A stretch of DNA of 64,000 nt from Azolla caroliniana (Eukaryota > Plantae > Polypodiophyta): positions 16,306,001 through 16,370,000 of the forward strand of contig JBHGNT010000008.1 in the NCBI GenBank assembly GCA_043228905.1, read 5' to 3'. A program made the translations under genes and the position numbers. Shown one piece after another: positions 1 through 13,639 of this stretch. Each line of letters opens with the position of its first letter. Position 1 is the first letter of the stretch. Under the pieces are notes generated by a model. That model ran no database searches and had not been told where the DNA came from. It was given only the letters and a program-made list of their open reading frames with translations.

Positions 1-440
1 AAAGTTTCTTAAACGCCTTCTTTGTTTCGGAATTAACCCCATATTTTTGTTCCAAATGATGGCTTATGAAATTTCTTCAGTGGATACTATTGATTTTCCA
101 AACATAAAAGGATACCGAAAAAGGGATTATTTGGTTGCATATCTATGATATATTGTAGCAACTATCAAAAAAATTCTTAAACAAAAATTTGATTCGTTCA
201 AAATAGAATGCATTATTGAGAAGTTGAGCTTTCCTGAATAGAACAGGAGGATATGGCAAAATGGGTGATCTGCTCATATAGCTTTGGCATATTGTTTGAA
301 CTGTCCAAAACCTCCATAAATACAAAGTTGTTTCTCTCAAAATAGTGACTGCTTTTATGAATAGAAGAGGGATATGTGAAAATTGGTAATCTGCTTTTAT
401 TATCTAATCAATATATTGTTTTGAACTGGTGAATCTGCAG

Positions 441-3400
441 CCAGCTGTTGCTCAACCTGCTGATTCTAGTTTCACATTGGAAGATATGGAGACAGTGAGG
501 GTCGTCGGGAAAGGCAGTGGGGGTGTAGTTCAACTTGTTAGACACAAATGGACAGGCCAATTCTTTGCATTAAAGGTGAACGATTTCTCCTGAAAAGTTG
601 ATTTCAGTTTTCCCATCCATTTACAGTGATCTTTCATATTAGTAATGCCGTTGAAAGAATTCAATGGTTTTGTGGATCATGTAGATATAAAGTTATTTAT
701 ATAGCCTTTCTCATTCATTCAAATAAATTGAAATTCTGCTTATGTGGGGAGACCAAGTAAGTTGAAATTGTTCTCTTTTTTTTCTCTCATTTTCCTTTAT
801 AGGTTATCCAAATGAACATTCAGGAAGAAGTTCGGAAACAAATCGTTAGGGAACTGAAAATTAATCAAGCTTCTCAGTGCCCATATGTTGTTGTGTGTTA
901 CCATGCATTTTATAACAATGGAGTCATATCCATAGTACTAGAATACATGGATGGTGGTTCCTTAGCCGATGTCATAAGAGATTTTAGGGTCATACCGGAG
1001 CCTTATTTGGCAATTATATGCAAACAAGTAAGTGCTGTTTACGATGATCCTTCTCTTTTCAACCATGCATACGGATAGCTCCACTAATCAATGCTATTTT
1101 TTCAGGTTCTAAGGGGACTAATATATCTGCACCAAGACAGACATGTAATCCATAGGGACATAAAACCATCTAACCTTTTGGTGAATCACAAAGGTGAAGT
1201 GAAAATCACTGATTTCGGAGTGAGTGCAATGCTAACAAATTCGATGGGTCAACGAGATACATTTGTGGGAACTTACAATTACATGTCGGTAGGTGGGAAC
1301 AAATACAGTCATAAAAAATATTCATAATTAGGTATATTACCTAGTATTGTTGCTCTTCATTATTTAAGTGAGATTTGTATTTATTTATTTTTTCAGCCGG
1401 AACGTATCAGTGGTGGTGCATATGGTTTTGATAGTGATATATGGAGCTTAGGTCTTGTTATATTAGAGTTGGCAATAGGGCGATTTCCATACTTGCCTCC
1501 AGGTAAAAATGATGGGTGGCTAAACTTCTATGAGCTTTTGGAAACTATTGTCGAACAACCCCCTCCATCTGCTCCTGCTGATCAGTTTTCACCTGAATTT
1601 TGTTCATTCATCGCAGGATGGTCAGTTGTCACGCTTTGCTCTTTTCTTTTTTATTATATTTGAAGGGTTTTTTATGAAAAATATTTCCTGCTGGCTATTC
1701 TCAAGTTTATGCATCCTTAGGATAATTGTGATTTTAATTACTTGAAATCCTTACAATTTATAGCTTTAATACAAGATAGGAAAATATTCATTAAGGAATA
1801 ATTTTCTATCACTACGCCTTCAATAATTCATCATTTCTGTAGTTTGTAGGGTGTGTCAATTTAGCTGAAGCATATCACACATACTCTGAGATATTCCATC
1901 TTTCTGTTTTTAATATTATTACCGTATCTTGATTTTCCTTAGTGAAAGTAGACTCTTTTGCTATACCTCGGCTGTATATGGAATATATTGTACTCATGCA
2001 CATACATATATGGTTCAAGAGGAAATGGGATCTTGGGACTATTGATATGAACCTAAGCTATTTGCCCTAAGTTTAAGACCCTGGTATAGTATTGCCTAGC
2101 TTTTGTGATCGATGAGAGTACTTGGCTTTATTCTTTCATGGACTGATTTTGTTAATTTGGTTATCCATGTGATTTCGATTATGTTATTGGCTCATATCAG
2201 ATTTGGGTATGAATAACATGAATATGATTTGTAAAAATCAAGATTACATGGATGGGGTATGTGATCCAAAATACTTTTCATTGGCCTTCTTGTCTTCCTA
2301 TGTCTGTCTTGTTCAGCTGCAGTGTGAATATTTCTGCAAACCAAATCAGTCTCTCTTCATCTTCTTTTACCGTAATGGGTTTAACCTTGTGGTAAGTTGT
2401 TAGATCATCAAGACAACGTGGTAGGTTCAAATGCCTATTTTGGCACATCTTTGATACACTATATATCACTTCATCTAAACATGTCGTATGGGTGTATCAA
2501 ATTAATGAACTAATGGTCTCCAAACAGTTGACATGGCCATCTCATGACCTAATTGCACAACATCTCACCTATAATCCAGTCTCTTTCTATCTCTCTCATA
2601 GTCTCCAAATAGTTGACAACCTTCTCATGACTTCATGGTCTCCAAATTGTTGACATAGGTATCTCGCCTATGGTTTCTGCCTTTTTCTTTTGGGTGAAAA
2701 CACACAATTATATTAATAAATGTGTGGAAAAGACTACAATGGTACCACAATTGAGTGTGGCCACTGTAATGAGGGTAGTGGAACATGTTAAATCACCAAT
2801 TGTCAAGATGAACACTCCATTGAGAAAAGAATTCCTATTTGCTCAAATAAAGAAAATTGCCACATTTGTACTCCCTTCAACTTTCGTAGATATGCTTTGA
2901 CACCATGCCTAATCAAATACAATTGCAAATATCCCAATTATGATGCAATCCCAAATATCTTAGAAGTCGGAAAATGATCTCCATCTTTGATTTCGATTTG
3001 ACATGTGTGAATCGTGCAAATTGTTGGAGGGTGGCAGCTCCAGATCTGCACTCTCTTTCATCTTTATTATCTCTGTACTACATTCTCTCTCTTCCTAGAT
3101 TCTTCTCTCTCAAGAATTTGCAACTCTTTAAATGCCTTCTCTCTCTAGAATTTGCAACGCTTTAAATGCCTTTTCCTTTTTTATTCCTAGTTTATTGTAC
3201 CTGTTTGGTAGTACAAGAGTCTCTTAACTACCAAACAACCATTCCCAATTTTGTATAAATAGGCTTACACCAAACTCTTTTGTAATGAGATTATTTTCTG
3301 CTGCTACTTACACACAAGCACAACTCTTTGGCTGTGTCTCGACTCTTTGCAACCATTTTTTCTATTGTTGTCTAACAGCCTTCTCACAGCTTGGCTGTGT

Positions 3401-6400
3401 CTATTTTGTTCTAACTCTTCCGCTCCTACTATTAACAACTTTTCTCACATGGTATCAGAGCAGTGAGGTCTCCATATCCTCAGCCTGATTTTTTTTGCCA
3501 AAGAGCACACAGACCTATCTTCTTTTATCCCTCCCTCCCAACCCTATAGAGGAGGTTCTCTTTGCAGCCACCCTCCCAACCAACAGAGGAGGTTCTTTTT
3601 TCTTTTCCCCTCATCTGAGCCTCACCTAGCATCTAGGGAGAAGTAGAAAGACCCCGAGCATCTATTTACAACTGTTGTAAATTATCCAGTTGTAGAGGAT
3701 ATCCATGGCCTCACATGCCACCATTGTTTCATCAACCATTCCCCAACTCCCCAAAGAGTCCATCTTGGATGGGATCAATTACTCGAATTGGGAGCTGCAA
3801 ATAAGACCTTGCTACAATACCATCATTTATGGAATGTAGTCAATGGTAATGACAAGAAACCACTAGTAATTTCATCCTCTTCAAACTAATCAGTTGCTGG
3901 TTCATCTAACGCTGAGATTGAAGCTTGGCTAGATAAGGATTCTCGTGCTCATGCTTTCCTCATGTTTAATATTAAACCGAGCATCACTTGTCAATTTCAA
4001 GATATAGATGAAGAGTCAGCCAATGAACTATGAACATCCATCAAAAAGAGGTATCATCGAGCTAATCATGCTCAAATGATAGCTATTGAAAGCCAACTAG
4101 CAAATCTCAAGATTCATGACACTCCCAACATCATGGATCAAATAACGTAATTTGTTACTCTCCAAAAGGAACTAGTTTCTTTGGGAAGCAAGTCAACTGA
4201 AGTTGAGTTTGTGCATCGTCTAATGATAAAGTTGCCTGAGTCATTCTCAGCTTTTTGTGACACAATTTCTCTTCTTCTCAACGCACCTGACATGAATACA
4301 TTTCTTGGCATGCTACAAGACAGGGCAACAAGGAAGAAAAGTGCTCAAACTTCGAATGAGACGCTTCTACATGCGAAATGTAAAGGCAAGTAGAAGCAAA
4401 ATGGTAACTCCTACAACAAACCCAATCCAAGACCACCAAACAACCCAGCCCACAAGGAGCTTTTTGTGACACAATTTCTCTTCTTCCCAACGCACCTGAC
4501 ATGAATACATTTCTTGGCATGCTACAAGACAGGGCAACAAGGAAGAAAAGTGCTCAAACTTCGAATGAGACGCTTCTAAATGTGAAATGTAAAGGCAAGT
4601 AGAAGCAAAATGGTAACTCCTACAACAAACCCAATCCAAGACCACCAAACAACCCAACCCACAAGGAGCTTACTTGTCATTATTGTGGCTACGAAGGTCA
4701 CTTTTAGCCCGACTGTAGGAAAAAGAAAAGAGACAATGCCAAGAAATCTTCTTCTACCGCAAGTGAACCTACACCAAAATTAAATTTGGTCCACTCAGCC
4801 AAAGAAACAGTTTTCCTTGGCATTGAGGAACATACTTCACATTTGGCTGGACCAACTACCTCAACCATTGATGAGTGGTTAGTAGATAGTGGTGCCACTT
4901 CACACGACCTATGACAAATCCATTTTGCATGATGTGAAGCCTAGCTCCTCCCAAATCTCCATAGGAGATGCCTCAAGCATTGAGGCTTCATGTGTGGGTA
5001 ATGTGTTTCTTAACAATTCTTCAAATGAAGAACCTGCCATTCTTCAGGATGTGCTACATGTGCCTCGCATCTCTGCCAATCTACTTTTATTCTACCAAAT
5101 CACTAAGCAAGGTTATGGAGTCTACTTTGATAGCTCAGTTTTGGAAGTCATTGACACCAACAGCCTACAAATTGTAGCTAGTGGCACACAAGAAGGGGGT
5201 TTATATCGCCTAAAACGCTCCCATAGCCCCTTGGAAAAATCCAAATCTCATCTTCTTCAAGGCTCTCATACCTTGGTGGCACAAGAAGATCCCATGTTGT
5301 GGCATGCTAGGCTCGGTCACCTCAACTACGATTCTCTACAAAAGCTCTCCTCTTCACAGCTAGTTGAGGGTCTGCCTATTTCAAAACTCCCAATACCCCA
5401 TGTGTTGCTTGTCTTCATGGCAAACAACATTCCCTCATGAAGCCACTCACCGTGCAACATCTATCTTGGAGTTATTGCACATGGATCTTTGTGGTCCCAT
5501 GAAAGCCACTACTCTTGGTGGTGCATGCTACTTCATGCTTATAATTGATGATTTCTCCCGCAAGGTTTGGGTTTATTTTCTTGTCGAGAAATCTCAAGCC
5601 TTCACAAAATTTCAAGAATGGGTAGCTCTTGTGGAGAACGAGACATCAAAGAAACTTAGAAAGAGCAAGTCGGACAATGGTGGAGAGTCATCAAGTTGGC
5701 ATATTGCCCTACTCAAGAAAATGTGGCTGGTTTATTTCGTAAGCCACTTCCAAGGCAAGCCATTGATCAGCTCCTTGGTCAACTCAATGTTGGACCGCCG
5801 TTCTGGAGCTGAGAGGAGGTGTTGGAGGGTGGCAGCTCCAGACCTGCACTCTCTTTCATCTTTATTATCTTTGTATTACATTCTCTCTCTTCCCAGATTC
5901 TTGTCTCTCTAGAATTTGCAACTCTTTAAATGCCTTCTCGCTCTAGAATCTGCAACGCTTTAAATGCCTTTTCTCTCTTCCACTTTTTCCAAGATATTCC
6001 TTTTTTATTCCTAGTTTATTTTACCTGTTTGGTAGTACAAGAGTCTCTTAACTACCAAACAACCATTCCCAATTTTGTATATATAGGCTTATACCAACCT
6101 CTTTTGTAATGAGATTATTTTCTGCTACTACTTACAAACAAGCACAACTCTTTGGCTGTGTCTCTACTCTTTGCAACCATTTTTTCTACTGCTGTCTAAC
6201 AGCCTTCTCACAGCTTGGCCTTGTCTATTTTGTTCTAACTCTTCCTGTGCTGCTATTAACAGCCTTTCTCACACAAATGTCCATTGTCTTGGCATCAAAT
6301 AAAAATGTGACAAAATTGCCAAATCTAAGAAATGTAATTCCCAAATCTGACAAGCTATCAAACATTGTATGAAACAATGAGTACTATCTTTTACTTGAAA

Positions 6401-8641
6401 TGCAAAAGAAGCAATTGGTTATTGCTAGTCCACATCGTTTTAGAGCTAATCCCAAAGGTAAACCCCCAATCAACACTCTCCAAATGAAAACCTTTGCTAC
6501 GAGTGGCAATTTATAATATTAACTATGTTTCAAGATTTGCCACCATCCATAACTAATCAAAGTTAAGTACCTTCCATTCTTGTTCAGCTTTAGATGATAG
6601 CCATCGAAGAGACTCAACGTAATAATGAGACACTTGTAAAAATGACGATTGCCCCTTAAATGCTAATCAACCCATGGTTGTTTTTTGATTTGTAGAGGTA
6701 AAGGACTTTGCATCAATATTTGTAGTTGTTGTCAGATAAACCCATAATTGGGCTGGATGTGTAGTGATTGTTGTGTTTCAACAAACTCCAAAATTCTTTG
6801 GGATCAAGTCTTAACTACATCTCCCATGTCTTTGACCCCCAAACGAAACAAACAATTAAATTGAGAGCGCATCTCTCTTTTCTAGGCCATCATAATAACT
6901 AAGAAGACACAAGTAACGCTTTTTGTGCAAAGCATTACAACATTCTCTATTAGATGATGGTTTCCTTACAAATAAGGAGAGCACTTCATGCCATGAGACA
7001 ACCAATTGTTGAACACATGAATAATGAGGAATCTTAAGTGGAGCATTGTTGTCCAGTCATTGACACCATGATGCTTGGATCGTTGAAATATTAGCCAATA
7101 GATATCCATATTTGTGAGTGTGAACGTATGTCTTGCAGTAATGAAAATTTGAGCCATTATATGCATAGATAAGTCCAATATTGCAACTTCCCCCAAGTGC
7201 TTAGGGCTTGCTAGATGGTTCCATGCAACCGATGTGATTCTTATCTTATCCATCTTTCTCCACAAAAAATGTTGAAGAGGTTGCAAAACGGAATGCAAAG
7301 CCTTCTTTGTCCATGGTAGAAATCGCAAATAGTATATAATATCATTGGGTTTCTCTCTCACCCCTGCACAAACAATTATATTGTTAAATGTGTGTGAAAA
7401 ACACTAGAATGGTACCGCAACTAAGTGGTGTCATCGTGGCATGGGTAGTGGCCAATACGGAAGACTAACACTCTACCATTGAAAAGCTTGCTCCAATAAA
7501 CCAAATTGCCACATCAATATTCCCTTTAACTTTTTTAGATATGCGCTATGCCTACCATCAAATAAAAAAGTATTGGGAATATCCCCAACATCTTAGAAAA
7601 AAGAAAACGATATCCGTCTCTAATCTCAGGTTGAGTTGTGTAAATTGTGCAAACCACTCGTGTCAAATGACAAATTTGAGAAATGTGGACGTTGTATGAA
7701 ATGAAAAGTACATTCTTCCACTTGAACAATGCAAAATAAGCAATTTCTTGTTGCAAGTCCACATCTCTTGATAGCTAATCCCAAAAGGTAAACAACCAAT
7801 TAATACACTCCAAATGAAACCGTTGTTAGAAGTGGCAATTTAGAATGTCAACTATTTGTCAAGATCCACCATCCATAGTCAGAGTTATGTACCTGCCATT
7901 TTTGTTCAGCCTTATAGCCATCAAAGAGACTCAATGGAGCAATGATACAAGAGATTAATAGTCACTTGTAAAAATAGAGTTTTACTCCATACACATCAAT
8001 TAACCCATGGTTGCACTAAGTGTGTATAGACTAAGGATCCTATATCAATGTTATACTCTGTCATTGCTGCCAAATAAATCCATAATTGGGCGAGATGCGT
8101 AACAATCCTTTTGTCTCAAAAAAGTTCAAAAATCTCCAAGATCACGCCCCAACTCCACTTCTTTGACCCCCAAACAAAACAAGCAATTAAATCTCTTGTC
8201 ACTCATTTCAACACCAATCTTCTTCCACTACGAGTTACAACATGTATGATAACATTATAAACATCTTGATTAAAGTGTTTGCTTTGTCAATTCAAATTAC
8301 TGGATGCCATGTAATCTGTATAAAGAATGCTTTAATTACATTATCTTAATGTTTTAGAAGTATTTATATGAAAATTAAAAGTTTCTTAATTTTTGTAAAC
8401 AGTGTCCAAAAGGAACCCAAGGATAGGCTGACTGCTTTAGACCTGCTGGTATCTCTCACTCTCTCTCCTGCAAATGTCTATATTTCTTATTTCTTCATGA
8501 TTTCTGTAGTTTTTTTGTTATAAATTGATTGTTTATGGTGTTTTCTTTGTTTCTCAGAACCATCCATTTCTTCAGAAATATGAGTCTCATGGCACCAAGT
8601 TGCTTGCAACTTTTCTTGAAGATTGGTCACCTATCTCATAG
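441..8641 (+). CDS. MKK6: MAP kinase kinase, group A (MKK6-like), 5'-partial; exons 441-575, 803-1027, 1106-1288, 1397-1620, 8403-8448, 8558-8641
   Basis: The spliced translation gives [73 protein letters not shown] and [24 protein letters not shown]. All introns are GT..AG and in phase. The S-x5-T activation loop SMGQRDT matches MKK6/NQK1-type kinases. Confidence 0.9.
3022..6273 (+). mobile_element. Ty1/Copia LTR retrotransposon, internally deleted (gag-PR-partial INT, no RT/RNaseH), in MAPKK intron
   Basis: LTRs at 3022-3449 and 5820-6273 (TG...CA). 5-bp TSD CAAAT at 3017-3021 and 6274-6278. PBS TGGTATCAGAGC (tRNA-iMet) at 3450 and PPT GAGAGGAGG before 5820. Peptides [20 protein letters not shown] and [12 protein letters not shown]. 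Confidence 0.95.
4249..4670 (+). repeat. 209-bp tandem duplication inside the Copia gag
   Basis: AGCTTTTTGTGACACAATTTCTC starts at both 4249 and 4458, and the AGCTT microhomology recurs at 4667. Confidence 0.9.
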
Positions 8642-10510
8642 ATAATGTCTTAGAGCAAGCTTTAATGTCATTATATATATAATATATATAGAGATTTAAT
8701 TGGCTTTAATGATCAAGAGATTTTTGGTGAACTTGAAAATCAGTTGAGAAATCCATATATTGAAACATTGGTCAAGAAGTCTGGTGTTATCCACATTGAA
8801 TATGATACATGGTGTTATCCACACAAAGTGTCTGGTATCATGTTACGAGAAACATCTGAAATGTATTTAAATCTAAAAAATAAACAAAACAAAATTAGGT
8901 TGAAGAGTTTGTTTGATCTTTGCTCCGGAAAACATATCAGTGTTAAGCTTGTAATGAAGATAACAAATAAATATTATAGTATATTTAAGAGTTTTATCAC
9001 TGGTTTTCAATTATCGACATCATTGATTGTTTTTGTTATTCTTCTTGTAATGAACATGAAATCAATTGTTTGCCGGTACTATTTAGTGTATGTAATTAGT
9101 CAATTGAATGGCTAAAATCAAATTACAATATAGAATAAAGTTTGCATTACTTGGGATAGCGAATCCATGTTCCTGAAAATTGTGCAGTGCTATTCTATCT
9201 TTGATCAATTATAGTTTTTGATATAGCAATGGGATGGTATTGGAAGCATTTAATCAATCTCTTTGCTCAATATATATTTTTGCATGTAGATTATTGTAAT
9301 GCTAAAATATTAATGAAAGTGGTTTTTGGAAAAAAAATTAAAGTAACTAATTAATTCATTGTGTTCAAAATTTAAGTAAATAGCATTTGCATTGCTTGAC
9401 CTATATAGCGTGTATATTTATACGAGTATTTTTCAATCATGCATATATTTCAGTATATTTTTAGCATGTAATTATCTTTAGATCACGTATGTATATCTTT
9501 ATTAAAAGTACTAAATGAGAGGTTTGTGAACCACAAACCAATGTAATCCCCAAAACCTTGATATAATCTCACGTACATGTGTTTCAATATATATCTTTAT
9601 CGAAGGTAATAAATGAGACCTTTGTCAAAAACAAAACCCAATGTAATCTCAGAGTGGTATCATAAAGACATGTTACAAATGGAACTAATATGTTTTCTTG
9701 GTTTTATACATGGTTTTGTGAAGCAGTACTACAAAGAATACATAATGTATACCTGACAAAACTAAAAACAATCTATAATGTACATATACCTGACACATTG
9801 CAACCCTCACGTTCAACAAGAAGAGCTTACACATCTGAAGACATGCAACTCTTGCTTTCAAGTAAAATTTTACATCTCTGAAGAGAAATGCCATAAAACA
9901 TACTACTGGTAGCTTGAGATTTAAATTTATGAACGAAAAGCATTTTTCCTTATAAAGGAATAATCAGATAGACCCTATATATCTGCACAGTTCTAACAGC
10001 CCACTAATACCATGTCCATTCTCGTTAATATTTTCTTTACGGATCTAGAGATAGGGATTCCAAGTAAGAAGAGGGATTTCACATGAAAACCCATGAGTTA
10101 TAAAACTCTCAAAATCTAAATCCTCACACTTATAATTTGTTTTTTATGTGTGTGAATGTAGCATTGTGTTGAAAAGCCAAGCTATATGCAAACTCATATT
10201 GAATTAAATCAACAATAGATCAAAATTGTACACCTCAGATTTACATCTTAGCATCTTAGTCAAGATGACACTCTATTGCAACCAAGATGTATCTAGATGC
10301 AGATTGAATCAAATCACCAATAGCTCAATATTGTGTATCTCAGATTTCAGCATCCTAGTTGAGATGATGACACTCTTTTGCATCCAAGTGTCCATTACAT
10401 TTTTGAGCCTTCTTTTTACTCACATTGGAACAAATAAACAACCCTCTTCAACAATTTCCCTCAATCTGGATGCATTCATGCCTCCTAAAAATATCTCAGT
10501 TCATATCTCC

Positions 10511-13361
10511 CTATTCAACAATCTCTCCCTCTTCAACTTCTTCTTCCTTGTAGGCAAACCCCTCTGGTATGGTGTCTTTACTCAATAGCACACCATTGAC
10601 ACTCCGATCCTCGATTATAACAAAGTCTGCACTATTGCTAGCAGATGAGACTACAAGTATGGTCGGGTATTCAATAATCTTCATGCTTACAAGTTGAGAA
10701 CCTAATGCTTGCATCGGATCTAGTTTTATGTATCCATTGTTGTGCACACCCTACCAAGCAATATAGAGTTATTACTAAATCTGAACTAAAACATAAATAT
10801 ATTCCATTTATTGAAATTTACCTCTTTTGCTATAAGGAAGCACACATTTTCGAACGATGCCTTGCAGAGCTTTCGTGCATGAGACAGAACTTCTGCATCA
10901 AAACCATCATCAGCCATTAGTTGCTTCTGCAATGTATCAACAAGGCTCTCATTTTCACCTGCACTGAGAAAAATACACGAGATTGACAAAAAAGAGTTGA
11001 ACTTTAGGGACCAAGGCTAAATTTTTATAACAATATAAACAAATTAACCATTTGAAAATTCATGTCAATGAATGAGTTTTTTTCATCAAAGTTTTATCAT
11101 CATTCCTCCATTGTTGAGAAAGCTACAAAGAATACATGAATTTTCAATTTTCACATTTTAAATCGTTTTTCGGCGAATTAAAGCAAATGGTATTGATTTT
11201 AAAATGCCATGAATACCTTGGATTCACAAGCCTCACTTCTGTGGAAAGGAATCTCCACTCAACTCTCCAAAAGATACATTTGCGTCTGCATGCAAACAAT
11301 TTTAGCTTTCCCCACTGAAAATAATGCTAAGTTAAATAATGTTCTACAAATTAACTGAGCTAAACAAATTTATACTTTTTGCAATATCTACTTGAGTTCT
11401 CAATTCGTTTGGTCATTCCTTCGGGTAGATACACAAGATCAATTCTTCGCCTCCTTGCTTGGTTTCTTAATGTGGCCCATCGAGGAGTCAGATCGTGTTT
11501 TACTCTTTCAAATTGAGCTCTGAACCTTTTAGCAGAGTCCGTATGTGTCAACATCTCTTCCAACAAGTAGTAGTCTGTGATGAAATGCCAATTTATCAAA
11601 TCTGAGATACATTCACCTTTTCATGCATACTTGCATTGATACATGCATATACCAATACATTGATATTTTACATTGATACCATGGATATCATGGACATCCA
11701 CAACATAGATATTTATAAACATGCACATCAGAACATTGTGCGACATTTCGGTTCATATCTGATGTTGGAGTAGGCACATTGAACGGTCCTTCCCAAGTAC
11801 AAGAGGATTGGGAATGATGCGCCTTGATGAGTGCTCTCCTACTGTATTTAAGAAGTCTCGAATTTGAGAACTCAAGATAGGTCACAGTAAGACTAGCTGT
11901 TTATAACCATGATAAGTGCAAGGTATAGGTACAGCATTTCCTTGTCACAAACCAATCAATAAGGTTATAGGATGATAAAATTTGCTTGGCATATACGTAT
12001 CTGAGCAATCTTGCTCAGTTATGTAGTTCTTAAAACATGGATCTTCATATGCATGGTTCTGCAAATGTAACATTTTTTAAGCTACTCAAAAACCACTTGA
12101 CATACAGACATCTGATTGATCTCCATTGGTTATATAGTTCTTGATACATGTCGCTTCAGTAAGGATGGTTCAGCAAATGCAACCTTACTTAAGTTACTAT
12201 GGGCATACCATAGTACGTATCCTATGGAATGAGAATCCACATAGAAAAATCATTGCAATGAGAACATGGAGTGAGTTGAGACAAGAAATAACACCAGAAC
12301 ACAAAGCAAGTATGGTAATGTGTTTCAAAGACATATATTTAAAGAATAAATGCCGAAACACCCCAACCTTGTTGGACAGTAAGTTCCCAAACAATTACCA
12401 AAATGCACTTCTCTAGTACAGAAACTGTACTACTCCGTAGGTGTATTATTAACATTTCCAAAAACATAGGAGATGTGAAAACTACTAAAATAGCCATTTG
12501 CTAGTATCAACTCTACTAGAGGATTTCTGTCATTTCCCAAAACTTTGGTGTATAAAGTTATACTATAATACCCAATTCCTGGTACCAACTCTGTCCTCTC
12601 TGACAAAATCTACTCCAGACATAGGGGTTCAATTATTTATGAAAACTTGTGTGTGTAAAAGTTTGCCAGAATGTTCCTTCCCTAGTACAAAATTGACACT
12701 TCACAAAATTCACAACTACATAGGAGGTGATCCAGGCGTTTAGGAAAGCTTCAGACATTTACCAAAGCACTCCTTCCCTGTTACAAAATCTACTACTACA
12801 TCAAGAACATAGGGGCTATAAAAATACTGCCACCAAAACAAACACCTCTCTGGTACACAAAATGCAATCATGCTCTGGTGCGACAGGGAATTTCAGACTC
12901 TTATGGGGTATTTGAGCAAATACACAAAAAGTTAGTAACAGCAACATAGTGGCAGGCCGGCAAATTTCCGAAACATAAGGAGGGTATTCAGATAAATATA
13001 GAAATCGTAGTTAAGAAGGTAACTGACCTGACAAGAGGCGGGCGTCGTCAAATGCAGAGACAGGGAGGAAGGACGTACGGTCCCGTTTCCCAGAGCATGA
13101 GGTCTTCAGCTTGTGGGCACGGACGCAAGGAAGGCTGCAAGATCGGAAAGAACAGGCAGGGCACTTGTATTTCGAGACCTGGGCACTGCAACCCTCGCAC
13201 ATCATCATCGCCATGGCCTTCTCCCCTTCTTCTTTGATACCATTCTTCCTCTTCTTCTTCTTCTTCTTCACCATTTTAGCATCAAAATCTTCTTCTTCTT
13301 CTTCTTCTTCTTCTTCTTCTTCTCCTTCTTCTCCTCTGCTATGATCCTCCTCTTCTGCCAT
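10511..13361 (-). CDS. BCD1: Zinc-finger HIT protein, box C/D snoRNA biogenesis factor (BCD1/ZNHIT6-like); exons 13361-13028, 11574-11376, 11285-11217, 10963-10822, 10750-10511
   Basis: The zf-HIT motif CEGC...KYKCPACSFRSCSLPCVRAHK...CSGKRDRT is followed by DYYLLEE, LPEGMTKR..N.S.Y, CIFWRVEW and KIIEYPTILV. GT..AG introns are in phase. Confidence 0.9.
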
Positions 13362-13389
13362 CTCTGTCTGTCTTGACTGCCTGACTGAC

Positions 13390-13560
13390 TCTTCGGAACC
13401 CTAATAAACCCACAGACGATGATGGGTCTTTCTTTCTTAGCGGGGTTTACTCCTGTTAAAGGAAGCTCAAGCCTAAACCGAACCGAACCGAACCTCGGAG
13501 CCGTTTTTAAACGGTTTAACGGTTCGGTTTTAGGGTTGAACCGAGCCGTTGCCGATTCCT
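13390..13560. promoter_or_regulatory. Upstream region of BCD1-like gene with telo-box-like AACCCTAA and an AACCG/CGGTT inverted-repeat patch
   Basis: AACCCTAAT at about 13397. AAACCGAACCGAACCGAACC...GGTTTAACGGTTCGGTTTT forms an imperfect palindrome at 13475-13530. Confidence 0.4.
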
Positions 13561-13639
13561 TGCCTGTGCTTATGCCGGGAGAGGGGCGTCCTATAACGCC
13601 ACTAGAAAACCCAGAATATGCCAGCTTGAGGAATTGATC

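Larger units (their letters stand above)
2690..8200 (-). mobile_element. Degenerate L1-type LINE 3' fragments (two related copies), the first interrupted by the Copia
   Basis: The minus-strand ORF 6966-7361 ([20 protein letters not shown]...[19 protein letters not shown]) resembles the post-RT region of plant L1. 2700-3016 plus 6279-6860 is paralogous to 7370-8190. Confidence 0.65.

Noticed and set aside
11580-13027. Intronic snoRNAs in the BCD1-like gene
   Set aside because: I could not find paired C (RTGATGA) and D (CTGA) boxes with a terminal stem on the sense strand. A snoscan/Infernal run would be needed.
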